NCBI GenBank assembly: GCA_943349075.1
Contig: CALQYY010000001.1
Span: forward strand, 8,312-72,311
Direction of reading: 5' to 3'
Length of the DNA: 64,000 bases
Source of the DNA: Candidatus Magasanikiibacteriota bacterium
GTDB taxonomy: Bacteria; Patescibacteriota; Patescibacteriia; Magasanikbacterales; 2-02-FULL-50-9b
Shown piece by piece: positions 18,291-31,522 of the stretch (the first letter of the stretch is position 1; each line of letters opens with the position of its first letter). The position numbers and the translations under genes were made by a program. Below the pieces are notes generated by a model that saw only the letters and a program-made list of their open reading frames with translations, had not been told where the DNA came from and searched no databases.

Positions 18291-19856
18291 TTGATTATGC
18301 CAACTCCATTTCGACCAACGGTTTTGATTATCAACGACGGATGGGGTATTGCTCCGGACAGCGAAGGGAATCCAATTACGCGCGCGAAGACGCCGAATTT
18401 TAGTAAGTGGATTAAGACGTATCCGGCGATGACGATTAAGGCTGCAGGTATTGATGTGGGGCTTTCGTGGGGTGAGATGGGAAATTCTGAGGTTGGGCAT
18501 TTGAATATTGGTGCGGGGCGCGTGTATTATCAGACGCTGCCGCGTATCGGTAAGGAAATTTCGGATAAGAGTTTTTTTAGCAACGAGACATTGCAAAAAG
18601 TTGCGGCTAACGCAAAAAAAGGAGGCAAGTTGCATCTACTCGGTATTGTTTCGGTTGGAAACGTACATGGTTCGCTTGATCATTTGTTTGCGATTTTGGA
18701 ATTTTGTAAGGCGCAAAAATTGACCGATGTTTTTGTTCATGTGATTTTGGATGGACGTGATTCGAAATTTGATTCGGGCAAGGGTTTTGTTGAGCGACTG
18801 CTTGTGAAAATGAAAGAGCTTGGGGTTGGAAAGATTGCAACGATGGGTGGTCGTTTTTATGGAATGGATCGCGACAATCGTTGGGATCGAATCGAAAAGA
18901 TGTATCGCGTTATGGTAGAGGGTGGAAAGTCTGCGGGGAATCCTGCGGATCTCATTCAGAAATCGTACGACGCAAAAGTGTATGATGAAGAATTTGTGCC
19001 GGTGCTGATCGATCCGAAAGGAATCGTGACGCCAGGTGATTCGGTTCTGTTTTTTAATTTCCGCCCTGATCGTTCACGCGAATTGACGCGTGCGTTTGTT
19101 GCTCCGGATTTTGATAAGTTTAGCCGAACCAAAATCGAGCCGCTTATGTTCGCAACCATGACTGAATACGAAAAGGGTTTGCCGGTCGATGTTTGTTATC
19201 CGCCTGAGGTGATCAAGATGACGCTCGCGGAGACGATTTCAAAAGCGGGGAAGACACAATTTCATGTTGCGGAGACAGAAAAATATGCGCACGTGACGTT
19301 TTTCATGAACGGAACGATTGAGGAGGCGTGGCCCGGCGAGGATCGAAAAATTATTCCATCGCCGAAGGTTGCGTCATACGCGGAGGCGCCGGAAATGTCC
19401 GCGCTTGAGGTCGCAAAAGAGGCTGTGAAGGCGATTGAGTCGGACAAGTATGATTTTGTGCTCATGAATTTCGCAAACGCGGATATGGTCGGGCACACAG
19501 GCGATTTTGCAGCAACACTTCGCGGTGTTGAGGCCGTTGATAAGGCGATGGGCATGGTCGTTGCAATTACGCTCGCGAAAAACGGCGCGGTTTTTATTAC
19601 AGCAGACCATGGAAACGGCGAAGAGGTTTTGAATTTAAAAACAGGCGACAAAGACAAAGAGCATTCGACGAACCCAATTCCGTTTTTGTGCATCAGTCGC
19701 GATTGGGAAGGGCAGGTTGGTCCGGGTGGCGAAGTTATCGGTGGCGACATGTCGCTTGTGCAGCCCGTTGGAATGCTTGCGGATGTTGCGCCCACAATTT
19801 TGCATACGATGGGAATTGAGCAGCCAGCGGAGATGACGGGGCGGGCATTGATTTAA
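18291..19856 (+). CDS. gpmI: 2,3-bisphosphoglycerate-independent phosphoglycerate mutase
   Basis: Metalloenzyme-superfamily motifs (DGWG, SEVGHLNIGAGR) and the phosphatase/transferase domain arrangement. Confidence 0.9.
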   Translation: MIMPTPFRPTVLIINDGWGIAPDSEGNPITRAKTPNFSKWIKTYPAMTIKAAGIDVGLSWGEMGNSEVGHLNIGAGRVYYQTLPRIGKEISDKSFFSNETLQKVAANAKKGGKLHLLGIVSVGNVHGSLDHLFAILEFCKAQKLTDVFVHVILDGRDSKFDSGKGFVERLLVKMKELGVGKIATMGGRFYGMDRDNRWDRIEKMYRVMVEGGKSAGNPADLIQKSYDAKVYDEEFVPVLIDPKGIVTPGDSVLFFNFRPDRSRELTRAFVAPDFDKFSRTKIEPLMFATMTEYEKGLPVDVCYPPEVIKMTLAETISKAGKTQFHVAETEKYAHVTFFMNGTIEEAWPGEDRKIIPSPKVASYAEAPEMSALEVAKEAVKAIESDKYDFVLMNFANADMVGHTGDFAATLRGVEAVDKAMGMVVAITLAKNGAVFITADHGNGEEVLNLKTGDKDKEHSTNPIPFLCISRDWEGQVGPGGEVIGGDMSLVQPVGMLADVAPTILHTMGIEQPAEMTGRALI

Positions 19857-19860
19857 CGCA

Positions 19861-19897
19861 AATAAAAATACAGCCCATCGGGGCTGTATTTTTTATT
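19861..19897. terminator. bidirectional intrinsic terminator shared by gpmI (+) and the convergent 675-aa gene (-)
   Basis: acagccc-atcg-gggctgt hairpin flanked by aataaaaat upstream and attttttatt downstream. Confidence 0.7.
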
Positions 19898-19909
19898 ATC
19901 TAAGCCGGA

Positions 19910-21937
19910 TTACTCGCGAAAGGTCTCTGCTTTTTTTGCAGCATTCAGAGTAAGTTTCGCTACGAATTCGGCTGCGAGATTTGGATTAAACTTGTATTTA
20001 GTTGTAAATAAGCCACGAACCTTATCGCTTACAGCTTCAGATATTTTTGTAGTATAACGTTCTTGTGGTGAAAGAAGGTCTTGGTATGATGGACTTTCCA
20101 TCTGATTTAATGCATTTTCAAGCTCAACAGCTGTTGAAATATGTCCAGATCTCAATTGTTGTTGTACAGAATTTAAATACTCTCCTGCAGCTTCGTGCAT
20201 TGCACGAGGACTCTCAATATTTTTTGTTTTTGGTGCTTGAGCGCCTTCTTTTTGCCACATGACTAAGTCAGTAGTCTTTATATACTTACGAGCATCTTCA
20301 CCTGTTTTTGGATCTTTCCATACCACCAAAGCTCTCCCATCGTCTGTCAGAAGTTTTACGCGACCATTTGAGTCCATCTCACCAGAGCTTCGTTTAATAA
20401 ATACAGGCGTTTCGTTATCGATATATGAATCGACCTCTCTTTGTATTTCGATGGCTTTTGCTCTCTCTGCCCCCTTCTTCTTTTCAACTTCAAAACTTTC
20501 TTTAGTTGCTAATTGAGATTTAGCAATATCCTGAGCCCACCCTTCATCTTCCTTTGCTCTTTGAGCACCCTCGTTTATTGTGTCGGGATGATATGTAAAT
20601 GGTTCGTTAGTGTGCAACTTCGTCGTAATTTTTTCGCCTGACAGCGTGAGTTCTCGTTTAGCTGTGATAATTTTTTTATCATTTGAAACAGGTCGACTAT
20701 CTACTGTTTGTGAGGCTTTATCGAAGGCTTTGGATGCTAGGTCTAAGAAATGGTTCTGAGCCGTTTTTTTGTCGAACCAAGGTTTTCCAAATAATCCAAT
20801 TATTTTTTTACCGAACAATTCAGACGTACCCTTTCTTTTCTCAGACGCGGGAAGAAGTTCTTTAATTGCGTTGGAAAGACCAAGATTTTTTATTTCCGCA
20901 TCGAGTTGATCAAAATTTTGAATTGTATCGCTTGCGATTGCTTCTCTAATATTATCAAAGTCTAAGCCTGATTTATTAAAATCAATAATATCAGCTTCTT
21001 CCCGCTGGCTTTCTATGAGCGCTTCTTTAGCTTGTTTGGCTATAAACTCCTTAGCAGTTGCCGGGCTAAAAGCGTACTGATCTTTAGATGGATCAATAGG
21101 AGATCTGAGGGTAAAAGCTGATTGTTTCCTTGTAGGTGTGAGCGTCTCTTTACCTCCCATTGGACTGTTATTTCGCGCATCGATTTCTTCTTGAGTGCGT
21201 ACGGGAGCAACATGAGACATTCGCTCTGCGTCCGCAGCTTTTTCTGCGAGGAGAGCATCTTCTTCGTCAGCCTTAGCGATAAGATGCGGAACTTGTTCAG
21301 GTGTGATTACGCCTGCATTATCAAGTTCAGAAGCTCTACGAAAAGCATCTTCATATTTATTAAGTTCTGCTACAGTTGTATTATTTCCTGGATGGACAAT
21401 TGTCTCTGTAAATGGTTTCGGTTTTTGTTGAGGTTTAACACCACGAAGCGCTTCACGAACAGCGGCCTGTCTTGCTGAGTGCTCAGTGATATTTGCTTCA
21501 ATGGTAATTCTCGCCTCAATTCTCGCAAGAGTCTTTGCCCAAAAATCACGGTTTTGAGCAGTAGTAAGACGCATTGGATTATCAGCAACAACGCCAAGAT
21601 CGCTTAAATCTTGATCAAGTTTTGAATACGCTTCGGTTGCTGCTACAAGTTCATCCCTGGATTTATTCAGCTTATTTTTGATATTATCTGTCTCTGCTTG
21701 TAGTTTTGCGTTCTCTCCACTGGTTATATCTCCATGGCTATGGATTCTTTCTCGTTCTTGACGCAAACTTGTTAAACCATCAATTTCTCGAATCGAGCGA
21801 TCTGCGCGTTCCGTTAGTTTTGAAATCGTGAACGTTGCATCAGAATAAAGTTTTTTCGCTGATTTTTCTGGATTGACCGAGACCTCTTTTTTTGGAGGTA
21901 ATTCAGGTATAAAAGGTCTTTTATTTTCAAGTGCCAT
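19910..21937 (-). CDS. hypothetical 675-aa charged, coiled-coil-rich cytoplasmic protein
   Basis: Long ORF with no TM segment or signal peptide, Lys/Glu/Ala-rich heptad-like stretches, and no recognisable catalytic motif. Confidence 0.45.
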   Translation of the reverse strand: MALENKRPFIPELPPKKEVSVNPEKSAKKLYSDATFTISKLTERADRSIREIDGLTSLRQERERIHSHGDITSGENAKLQAETDNIKNKLNKSRDELVAATEAYSKLDQDLSDLGVVADNPMRLTTAQNRDFWAKTLARIEARITIEANITEHSARQAAVREALRGVKPQQKPKPFTETIVHPGNNTTVAELNKYEDAFRRASELDNAGVITPEQVPHLIAKADEEDALLAEKAADAERMSHVAPVRTQEEIDARNNSPMGGKETLTPTRKQSAFTLRSPIDPSKDQYAFSPATAKEFIAKQAKEALIESQREEADIIDFNKSGLDFDNIREAIASDTIQNFDQLDAEIKNLGLSNAIKELLPASEKRKGTSELFGKKIIGLFGKPWFDKKTAQNHFLDLASKAFDKASQTVDSRPVSNDKKIITAKRELTLSGEKITTKLHTNEPFTYHPDTINEGAQRAKEDEGWAQDIAKSQLATKESFEVEKKKGAERAKAIEIQREVDSYIDNETPVFIKRSSGEMDSNGRVKLLTDDGRALVVWKDPKTGEDARKYIKTTDLVMWQKEGAQAPKTKNIESPRAMHEAAGEYLNSVQQQLRSGHISTAVELENALNQMESPSYQDLLSPQERYTTKISEAVSDKVRGLFTTKYKFNPNLAAEFVAKLTLNAAKKAETFRE

Positions 21938-22068
21938 AGAACAAAAAGTACGAATTGTATTATATTGAAGTCATTATAAATTTTTCTGTAAAAACAAGCA
22001 AATCAAGATGTTGACAATATTTGATAAATAGGGTAGGGTACAACGTTCTCAATGCGCAAGGAGGGACT

Positions 22069-22602
22069 ATGCTACCAGAACAAACGGTTCGAGAGTTTGA
22101 TCCTGATACGAGGCTCAGTCAACTGGTTCTTTTGAATTTAGTGAGGGATCTACGTACTAGCCCACAGAATCGACAAAAAATCGAAAGCGGTAGAGCTTTA
22201 GTGCTTGTCGTATTCCCAGATGAGGAGGGTGAATTACCGGTGATTATCATCGCCGCAAAAGACATGGAGACCTCTGAGAAGGTATCGACGGGTCGGATTT
22301 TCCTGACCTGGCGGACGACGTGCTATGCAGTCAAAGAATGTGAGTTCTACGTCCCAGCGCAGCGGCTGCATCGGGAGGTGATCGAAGATGGTGGTGTTCT
22401 CCTCTACGCTGATCTGGAAACAGCGAAGTATGATGGTGAGAATATCCATGGACGATCTTTGCCACTTGGTGATTTCCGTTATCTCATTGAGGTCGGCATT
22501 TCGCTGGGTCCTTCGGCATCTCGGATCTACCTAGACACAGAAGCCACTGCATCCGCACGAAACAAGCCGCTTCGCTTTCTGCGGTTTGATGTGCTGTTGT
22601 AG
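22069..22602 (+). CDS. hypothetical protein in a high-GC insert
   Basis: Start set at the ATG after an AAGGAGG RBS. GC is about 57 percent against an AT-rich background. TTGACA-N17-TAGGGT promoter upstream and a T-tract downstream. Confidence 0.45.
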   Translation: MLPEQTVREFDPDTRLSQLVLLNLVRDLRTSPQNRQKIESGRALVLVVFPDEEGELPVIIIAAKDMETSEKVSTGRIFLTWRTTCYAVKECEFYVPAQRLHREVIEDGGVLLYADLETAKYDGENIHGRSLPLGDFRYLIEVGISLGPSASRIYLDTEATASARNKPLRFLRFDVLL

Positions 22603-22684
22603 TTTTGCTCACCGCTTTGCTCTGAGAGACATCTTTCGGGGCAGGCGGTGGGCGTTTTATTTTTTGTGCTATAATTTCCTAACT

Positions 22685-23203
22685 ATGAATCTCGACTCAC
22701 AAATTGTTTTAAGTGTTCATGCGTTCGTTGTTGCACATCCACTCGCGGCAACAATCGCATTTGTTTTTAATTACGGTTTTGTTGTCCTGTTGTTGGTGCT
22801 GTGCGGGGGACATATGTTCGTTAATCGAAAAAAGATGGAGGTTTTGTTTGTCCCGTTTTCGATGGCGGCGGCATATGTGGTGAGCCGTGTGATTGGCATG
22901 ATTTATTTTCGACCACGACCGTTTATCCCACTCGATTTTGTTCCGCTCATCGTTCAGTCGCCGTTGAGCAAATCATTTCCGTCGAGTCATTCAATTGCGG
23001 CATTTGCGGGGGCGTATATGCTCTACAAATTTAACAAACAGTGGGGTCGCTGGGCGCTCGGGTGCGCGGCAATGATCGCGATTTCGCGTGTTTTGGTGGG
23101 CGTTCATTATCCAACTGACATCCTTGCCGGGGCAGCGCTTGGCGTGCTACTATCTGAGCTCATATACCGCTATCGAAAGAGCCTATGGGGCAGCTCAAAA
23201 TAG
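22685..23203 (+). CDS. PAP2-family phosphatase (undecaprenyl-diphosphatase-like)
   Basis: KxxxxxxRP, PSGH and SRxxxxxHxxxD motifs (FPSSHS; SRVLVGVHYPTD). TATAAT -10 upstream. Confidence 0.7.
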   Translation: MNLDSQIVLSVHAFVVAHPLAATIAFVFNYGFVVLLLVLCGGHMFVNRKKMEVLFVPFSMAAAYVVSRVIGMIYFRPRPFIPLDFVPLIVQSPLSKSFPSSHSIAAFAGAYMLYKFNKQWGRWALGCAAMIAISRVLVGVHYPTDILAGAALGVLLSELIYRYRKSLWGSSK

Positions 23204-24252
23204 TCATTCGCGCCGGTGGAACAGGGACACGTTTGTGGCCGCTTTCAACGTCGGATTTGCCAAAACAATTTGTTCCTGTTTTGTCGGACAAATCACTCCT
23301 TCAAGAGACATTTGAGCGTGTCCGATCTTTTGGTGCTGAAAATATTTTTGTAACAACGAACGCTCGATACGTTGGGTTAGTTGGGGAGCAGTTGCCGGAA
23401 CTTGACCCACATCACATCATCGCTGAACCATTGAAACGAAATACCGGTCCGGGCGTTGCGTTTGAAACGGCGGTGCTTTCAGGTTTTTTCGGTGACGAAA
23501 ATCCGACGATCGCAAGTATTCCATCTGACGATTTTGTCGGGAATCCTGAGGCATTTGCTTCGGCGATAAAAAAGATTGCGCAGTATTTGGATGAGCATGA
23601 GCGGTTTATTGTGATGCCACTCGTAACACCTGAAACGGTTGATCCGGGATACTCGTATGTGCGCGCGGAGTTTGGCGAGAGCGAGACTGCAAAGGTTAGC
23701 GAGTGGGTTGAAAAGCCGGACGCTGAACTTTGTCGCGCGATGATTGATGAGGGGTCGTGGTTTGCACACACAGGAATGTATATTTGGAAATTAAACACGG
23801 CTGCTGCGATGTTTGAACATTTGGTTCCAGCGGTTTGGAGACGAGTTATCGAAATTCGTGATGCAATTTCAGCGGGCGATGAGTCACGCGCGCTTCAGGC
23901 TGCACACGATTTGCCGATTGTCTCAATCGAATCGATGGTAACGAAATTGTATGATGCGAAGGTTGGGTTTTTAGCGGATGCATGGAATTGGTCGGATGTT
24001 GGAAAGTGGACGGTGGTGAAGGAGTTGCTCAAAGCCGATGACAAGAAAAATGCATCGTCGCATGATCAGGTTCATTTTGTGAATGCGCAAAATAATTTGG
24101 TCTATGGCGCGCAAGGAAAACGCGTTGTGTGTATCGGGGTTTCAAATTTGGTGATTGTTGATCGTGGCGACCATCTGCTTGTGTGCCGCATTGAGGAGTC
24201 ACATAATATCGGGGCGATCTCAGAGGAGCTCAATAAAAAAGGGTTGTTATGA
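23185..24252 (+). CDS. mannose-1-phosphate guanylyltransferase-like sugar nucleotidyltransferase
   Basis: N-terminal GGxGTRLWPLS nucleotidyltransferase motif and the ManC-family length. Confidence 0.75.
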   Translation: MGQLKIVIRAGGTGTRLWPLSTSDLPKQFVPVLSDKSLLQETFERVRSFGAENIFVTTNARYVGLVGEQLPELDPHHIIAEPLKRNTGPGVAFETAVLSGFFGDENPTIASIPSDDFVGNPEAFASAIKKIAQYLDEHERFIVMPLVTPETVDPGYSYVRAEFGESETAKVSEWVEKPDAELCRAMIDEGSWFAHTGMYIWKLNTAAAMFEHLVPAVWRRVIEIRDAISAGDESRALQAAHDLPIVSIESMVTKLYDAKVGFLADAWNWSDVGKWTVVKELLKADDKKNASSHDQVHFVNAQNNLVYGAQGKRVVCIGVSNLVIVDRGDHLLVCRIEESHNIGAISEELNKKGLL

Positions 24253-25232
24253 AGAAAATTTTTAGTGGCCTCGCTGTTGTCGGCATTTTTTTGTGGTGGG
24301 CTAGCTCTGTTTCTCCTGGCTCAATCGTAATTGAAGGAGGGGATTCTGTTCAGTCTGTTGCAGTCAAGCTTCGATCTGAAAAAATTGTTCGATCGGAAAC
24401 ACTTGTTAAAATCGCGTATCGCTTGTTCGGTTCTGGAGAACATGTGTATCCAGGAACCGTTGTAATCGGTCCGAGCTGCTCTATTCGTTGTGTTATTCGA
24501 GAGATCACATCAGCGCAGCCGTCGATTGTAAGGATTCGTTTAACTGAAGGCCAAGACATTCGTGATTTGGCAACGGTTTTGGAATCAAAAAAGATTGGTA
24601 CTGCAGCTGACCTTCTTGCGATTGTTGGAACACCCGCTGTTGTCCCAACAAAACATGCGGATTTTTCTGGTGAATTTTCGTTTCTTGCGAGCGCTCCAAA
24701 AAATATAAGTTTGGAAGGGTATTTATTTCCGGACACCTATGATTTTTCGGGAAGTGCCACGCCTGAACAAGTTGTTCGAACAATGCTCAAGAATTTTGAT
24801 CGTCGGGTGACGCCCGAGATGCGTGAGCGTGCGGCGAAACAAGGGAGAACGCTTCATGAGGTAGTAACGATGGCAAGTATTTTGGATCTTGAGGTTCGTG
24901 GCGCGGAAGACCAGCGAATGGTTGCCGACATTTTGTGGCGCAGAATTTCGCGTGGAATGGGGCTTCAGGTTGATTCGTCGGTGAAATATTTAACAAAATC
25001 GGCTGGTGTTTTCACAACAAAACAGGAGCGCGCAACGGTTTCGCTCTGGAATACCTATAAATTTCGAGGGTTACCGCTCGGCCCAATCGGGAACCCGGGT
25101 ATTAGCGCAATTGAGGCTGCGCTTAGTCCAAAGCCAAATGAATATTGGTTTTATTTGACATCTCCGGATGGAACGGTGCATTATGCGCGGACGCTCGATG
25201 AGCATGTGTCGAACAAACGATTTCTCAAATGA
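24249..25232 (+). CDS. mltG: endolytic murein transglycosylase MltG/YceG family
   Basis: N-terminal TM helix, and the LEGYLFPDTY and WNTY...GLP motifs of YceG-like proteins. Confidence 0.8.
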   Translation: MKKIFSGLAVVGIFLWWASSVSPGSIVIEGGDSVQSVAVKLRSEKIVRSETLVKIAYRLFGSGEHVYPGTVVIGPSCSIRCVIREITSAQPSIVRIRLTEGQDIRDLATVLESKKIGTAADLLAIVGTPAVVPTKHADFSGEFSFLASAPKNISLEGYLFPDTYDFSGSATPEQVVRTMLKNFDRRVTPEMRERAAKQGRTLHEVVTMASILDLEVRGAEDQRMVADILWRRISRGMGLQVDSSVKYLTKSAGVFTTKQERATVSLWNTYKFRGLPLGPIGNPGISAIEAALSPKPNEYWFYLTSPDGTVHYARTLDEHVSNKRFLK

Positions 25233-26248
25233 AAACAACTGAGCTTGACTACCATCTTCCAGAACGCTTGATTGCACAACACTCGGTAACGCCGCGTGAT
25301 AGTTCGAAATTGCTGGTTTTTAATCGTGCAACGCAATCAATTGAACATCGCGTGTTTAGAGATATCGTCGACTATTTGCAGCCAGGGGATTTGCTCGTTT
25401 TCAATAATTCAAAGGTTTTTCGTGCACGTTTGCATGATATTTCAGGTGTCATTGAGATTTTTTTGCTGCGCCCGCGTGGAGATTTTAGCTGGGAATGTCT
25501 TGGAAAGCCGGGGAAAAAATTGCAGGTTGGCGATGAGGTTGTGTTTGAGAAAGGAGTTATCGGAGTTGTTGAAGAGCGATTTGAAAACGGTCGTTTTTTG
25601 CTTAAATTTTCGTTAACACCTGCTGAAGTTATTGCATTTGCCAATGAGGTTGGAGAAATTCCGATTCCGCCATACGTTGCGCAAAAACCGCTTGAGCTTA
25701 AGGATTATCAAACGGTATACGCAAAACATACCGGCTCTGTTGCTGCGCCAACAGCAGGTTTTCATTTTACCGAGCGATTATTTGCTGAATTAGCCGAGAA
25801 AAAAATCGAAACTGCCGAGGTGACACTCCATGTTGGAATCGGAACGTTTCAGCCGATAAAATCTGACACAATCGAAGAACATGAAATGCATTTTGAATGG
25901 GCAGAGATTTCTGCGGAAACAGCAGAGGCGATTGCGCGAACGAAAGCGCGCGGCGGACGGGTGATTGCGGTTGGAACAACGACTGTACGGGCGCTTGAGG
26001 GGCTTGAAGGCGCATCTGGTGCGGGGGATGTGAATATCTTCATCAATCCGGGCTACCAATTTAAAATCATTGATGTGCTCGTCACAAATTTTCATTTGCC
26101 GCGCTCAACCTTGATGCTGCTTGTTAGTGCGTTTTTACAGAACGGCTACGAAATCGATGGGCTTTTGCTTCTAAAATATATCTACGGAGAGGCAATAGAT
26201 AAGGATTATCGGTTTTATAGTTTTGGAGACGCGATGCTTGTGTTATAA
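25229..26248 (+). CDS. queA: S-adenosylmethionine:tRNA ribosyltransferase-isomerase
   Basis: DYHLPERLIAQ start and QueA-family colinearity. Confidence 0.9.
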   Translation: MKTTELDYHLPERLIAQHSVTPRDSSKLLVFNRATQSIEHRVFRDIVDYLQPGDLLVFNNSKVFRARLHDISGVIEIFLLRPRGDFSWECLGKPGKKLQVGDEVVFEKGVIGVVEERFENGRFLLKFSLTPAEVIAFANEVGEIPIPPYVAQKPLELKDYQTVYAKHTGSVAAPTAGFHFTERLFAELAEKKIETAEVTLHVGIGTFQPIKSDTIEEHEMHFEWAEISAETAEAIARTKARGGRVIAVGTTTVRALEGLEGASGAGDVNIFINPGYQFKIIDVLVTNFHLPRSTLMLLVSAFLQNGYEIDGLLLLKYIYGEAIDKDYRFYSFGDAMLVL

Positions 26249-26310
26249 TAAATGAAACTTTCTTTTAAGTTTCAACGTATATCATATTAGGTGGCGTTGC
26301 CGCTATAACT

Positions 26311-29002
<2,692 letters not shown>

Positions 29003-29036
29003 TCTGACTGGAATAAATTTTAAATGGGAGGGACGT

Positions 29037-31034
29037 ATGGCGATTGATTTTAAAAAAGAGTTGAACGAAGAACAATATCCAGTTGTAATGCACGGCGATG
29101 GGCCGTGTTTAGTTTTAGCGGGCGCGGGGTCAGGTAAGACGCGTACGATTACATTTCGTGTTGCGTATTTACTCGAAAAAGGAATTCCGCCAGAAAATAT
29201 TTTACTCTTAACATTTACGAACAAAGCCGCGAAGGAAATGGCGGATCGTGTTTCGAAATTAACAGGGCAATCGCCGAAGGGTTTGTGGAGCGGTACATTT
29301 CATCATATCGGTTATCGATTGGTGCAAACATATTCGAAGCTCCTCGGATTTCCGTCGCACATAACCATTATTGATTCGGAAGATTCTCGAAATTTGCTCA
29401 CGCAGGTGATGAAGAGTGAGGGAATTGATACGAAGTCGAAGAAGTATCCGCCGGTCAATGTGATCGCGGATATTTATTCGTACGCGCGCAACGCAATGAT
29501 TTCGGTTGAGGAGGCAATTGATATTAAGCGTCCGAGCGCGTTTGGTGTTGCGACGGAAATCGCGAATGTGACGCGCGTATATGAAGCGCGTAAGCGCGAG
29601 AGCGGGTTTGCGGATTTTGACGATCTACTTTGTTTGTGGCTGAAATTATTGGAGGAGCACCCAGATGTTCAGGCGAAATTGTCGGGGCAGTTTAATTATG
29701 TGCTCGTTGATGAGTATCAGGACACAAATCGTGTTCAAGCGAAAATTATTCAGAAAATGGCGGTTGTGCACGGCAATGTTTTGGCGGTGGGCGACGATGC
29801 TCAATCGATTTATTCGTTTCGCGCGGCGGACATCGCAAATATTTTGGATTTTGAAAAACACTATCCGGGCGCGAAGATTTATCATTTGCTGAATAACTAT
29901 CGTTCGTCGCCAGAAATTTTGGCGGTTGCGAATCATGTGATTAAACAGAACGAGCATCAATATAAAAAAGAGCTGCTCAGTATTTTGGCAGCACACGAAA
30001 AACCACATTTGATTAAGGCAGATACTGCAGAGCTCGAGGCAGAAAAAATTGCGGATTCGATTAACACACTTCGCCGCGAAGGTCACAAACTTTCTGAGAT
30101 TGCGATTTTGTTTCGCTCAACGTTTCATTCGCAGCCGCTTGAAGTTGAACTCACGCGTCGCGGTGTTCCATTTGATTATCGCGGAGGCCAACGTTTTTTT
30201 GAGCGTGCGCATGTAAAAGATATTTTGGCGTATCTGCGTGCGTTTACGGCGCCGAAAGATTCGATCGCGTGGCACCGACTCTTAATGCAGCAAGAGGGAA
30301 TTGGTCCGGAATCTGCGCGCAAACTTTATGATCAGATTAAACAATTTGGTTCGACGCAGGATTTGCTCCACGCAGAGAATCAGTTTGAGATTGAAAAGCG
30401 GTGGGCTGGTGGTTGGGCGGTCGTGAAAAAAACGATGTGGGAGTTGTCGCTCAAACATGAAACCGTTGGAGAGATGGTGCGCGCGGTGAACGAATGTGCG
30501 TACAAACAGTATTTGAAGAGCGAGTTTCAAAATGCTGACGATCGTTTGAAAGATGTTGAACAGCTTGCAAGTTTTACGGATCGCATCACGGATTTGAAAG
30601 CCTTTTTGGCCGAGACCGCGCTCCAAGAGCAGCATCGTGCAAAAACAGCTGCGGCCGATGATCGGCTCGTGCTCTCAACAATTCACCAATCAAAAGGTCT
30701 TGAGTGGGACACTGTGTTTTTGATTAATTTGATTGCAGGGGCGTTTCCAAATGAGCGTGCATCGCTCGAGGAGGGTGGAATCGAAGAAGAGCGTCGTTTA
30801 TTTTATGTTGCGCTGACGCGTGCGCGCAAGAATTTGTATTTGTCGTACACGTTGCTTGGCGGAAAGCAAAATGATTTTGTGGTGTCGCCATCGCCGTTTA
30901 TTGAGGAGATCGATCAGGTTTTGCTTGATGTTGGACGCAAAAATAGCTCGCAGGAGCCATCATACACCTACGAGCCAGATCCGACTGTCGACTGGCGCAA
31001 GAAAAGTTTCTTGAGCTCAGTTGATGAGTTTTAA
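29037..31034 (+). CDS. ATP-dependent DNA helicase, UvrD/PcrA family
   Basis: Walker A (AGAGSGKTRT) and helicase motifs II-VI (VDEYQDTN, YRS..., HQSKGLEWD). Confidence 0.85.
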   Translation: MAIDFKKELNEEQYPVVMHGDGPCLVLAGAGSGKTRTITFRVAYLLEKGIPPENILLLTFTNKAAKEMADRVSKLTGQSPKGLWSGTFHHIGYRLVQTYSKLLGFPSHITIIDSEDSRNLLTQVMKSEGIDTKSKKYPPVNVIADIYSYARNAMISVEEAIDIKRPSAFGVATEIANVTRVYEARKRESGFADFDDLLCLWLKLLEEHPDVQAKLSGQFNYVLVDEYQDTNRVQAKIIQKMAVVHGNVLAVGDDAQSIYSFRAADIANILDFEKHYPGAKIYHLLNNYRSSPEILAVANHVIKQNEHQYKKELLSILAAHEKPHLIKADTAELEAEKIADSINTLRREGHKLSEIAILFRSTFHSQPLEVELTRRGVPFDYRGGQRFFERAHVKDILAYLRAFTAPKDSIAWHRLLMQQEGIGPESARKLYDQIKQFGSTQDLLHAENQFEIEKRWAGGWAVVKKTMWELSLKHETVGEMVRAVNECAYKQYLKSEFQNADDRLKDVEQLASFTDRITDLKAFLAETALQEQHRAKTAAADDRLVLSTIHQSKGLEWDTVFLINLIAGAFPNERASLEEGGIEEERRLFYVALTRARKNLYLSYTLLGGKQNDFVVSPSPFIEEIDQVLLDVGRKNSSQEPSYTYEPDPTVDWRKKSFLSSVDEF

Positions 31035-31036
31035 AT

Positions 31037-31447
31037 TTATTTAACAATTACTGTTCCTTGGAATTTGGTGTCACGTCCATTTAAGTGGTCGTGGAATTTC
31101 CATGTGCCAGCTTTGGTGAACTTGAAGGACCACACGCCACCAGGAGCGAGTGCTGCCTTTGGATCGAATTCAGGGTAGTCAGCGTGTGATGGATGTGGGT
31201 TTGATGCGAGCCAGTGTGGTTTCACGTCGCTGTTGCGGAATTCAACGGTGTCGCCAACTGCGATGGTGAGTTCTTTTGGAGTAACGCCCTCAGGATTGAT
31301 AGTGAGCGGGTACATTGTGCTCTGAACGGGTCTGTTTGCCTGAACAGGTTCTTCAGTGATCGAGAGTTGACCTTCTTTGCTGCAACCTCCGCCAATCAGA
31401 AGGAGTGCTGCACCGAACGCTGCGAGTTTGAGTTTTGTAGTGTTCAT
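31037..31447 (-). CDS. lipoprotein with a cupredoxin-like domain lacking the Cys copper ligand
   Basis: Lipobox LLIGGGC. GDTVEFRNSDVKPH and WKFHDHL resemble Cupredoxin_1, but the Cys ligand is absent. Confidence 0.4.
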   Translation of the reverse strand: MNTTKLKLAAFGAALLLIGGGCSKEGQLSITEEPVQANRPVQSTMYPLTINPEGVTPKELTIAVGDTVEFRNSDVKPHWLASNPHPSHADYPEFDPKAALAPGGVWSFKFTKAGTWKFHDHLNGRDTKFQGTVIVK

Positions 31448-31522
31448 AGTAATCGCATTATATCGACGCGCTTGTCAGTCGTCAAAAAAGATGCTACACT
31501 CGGGCCAATAATGTAAACTTTT

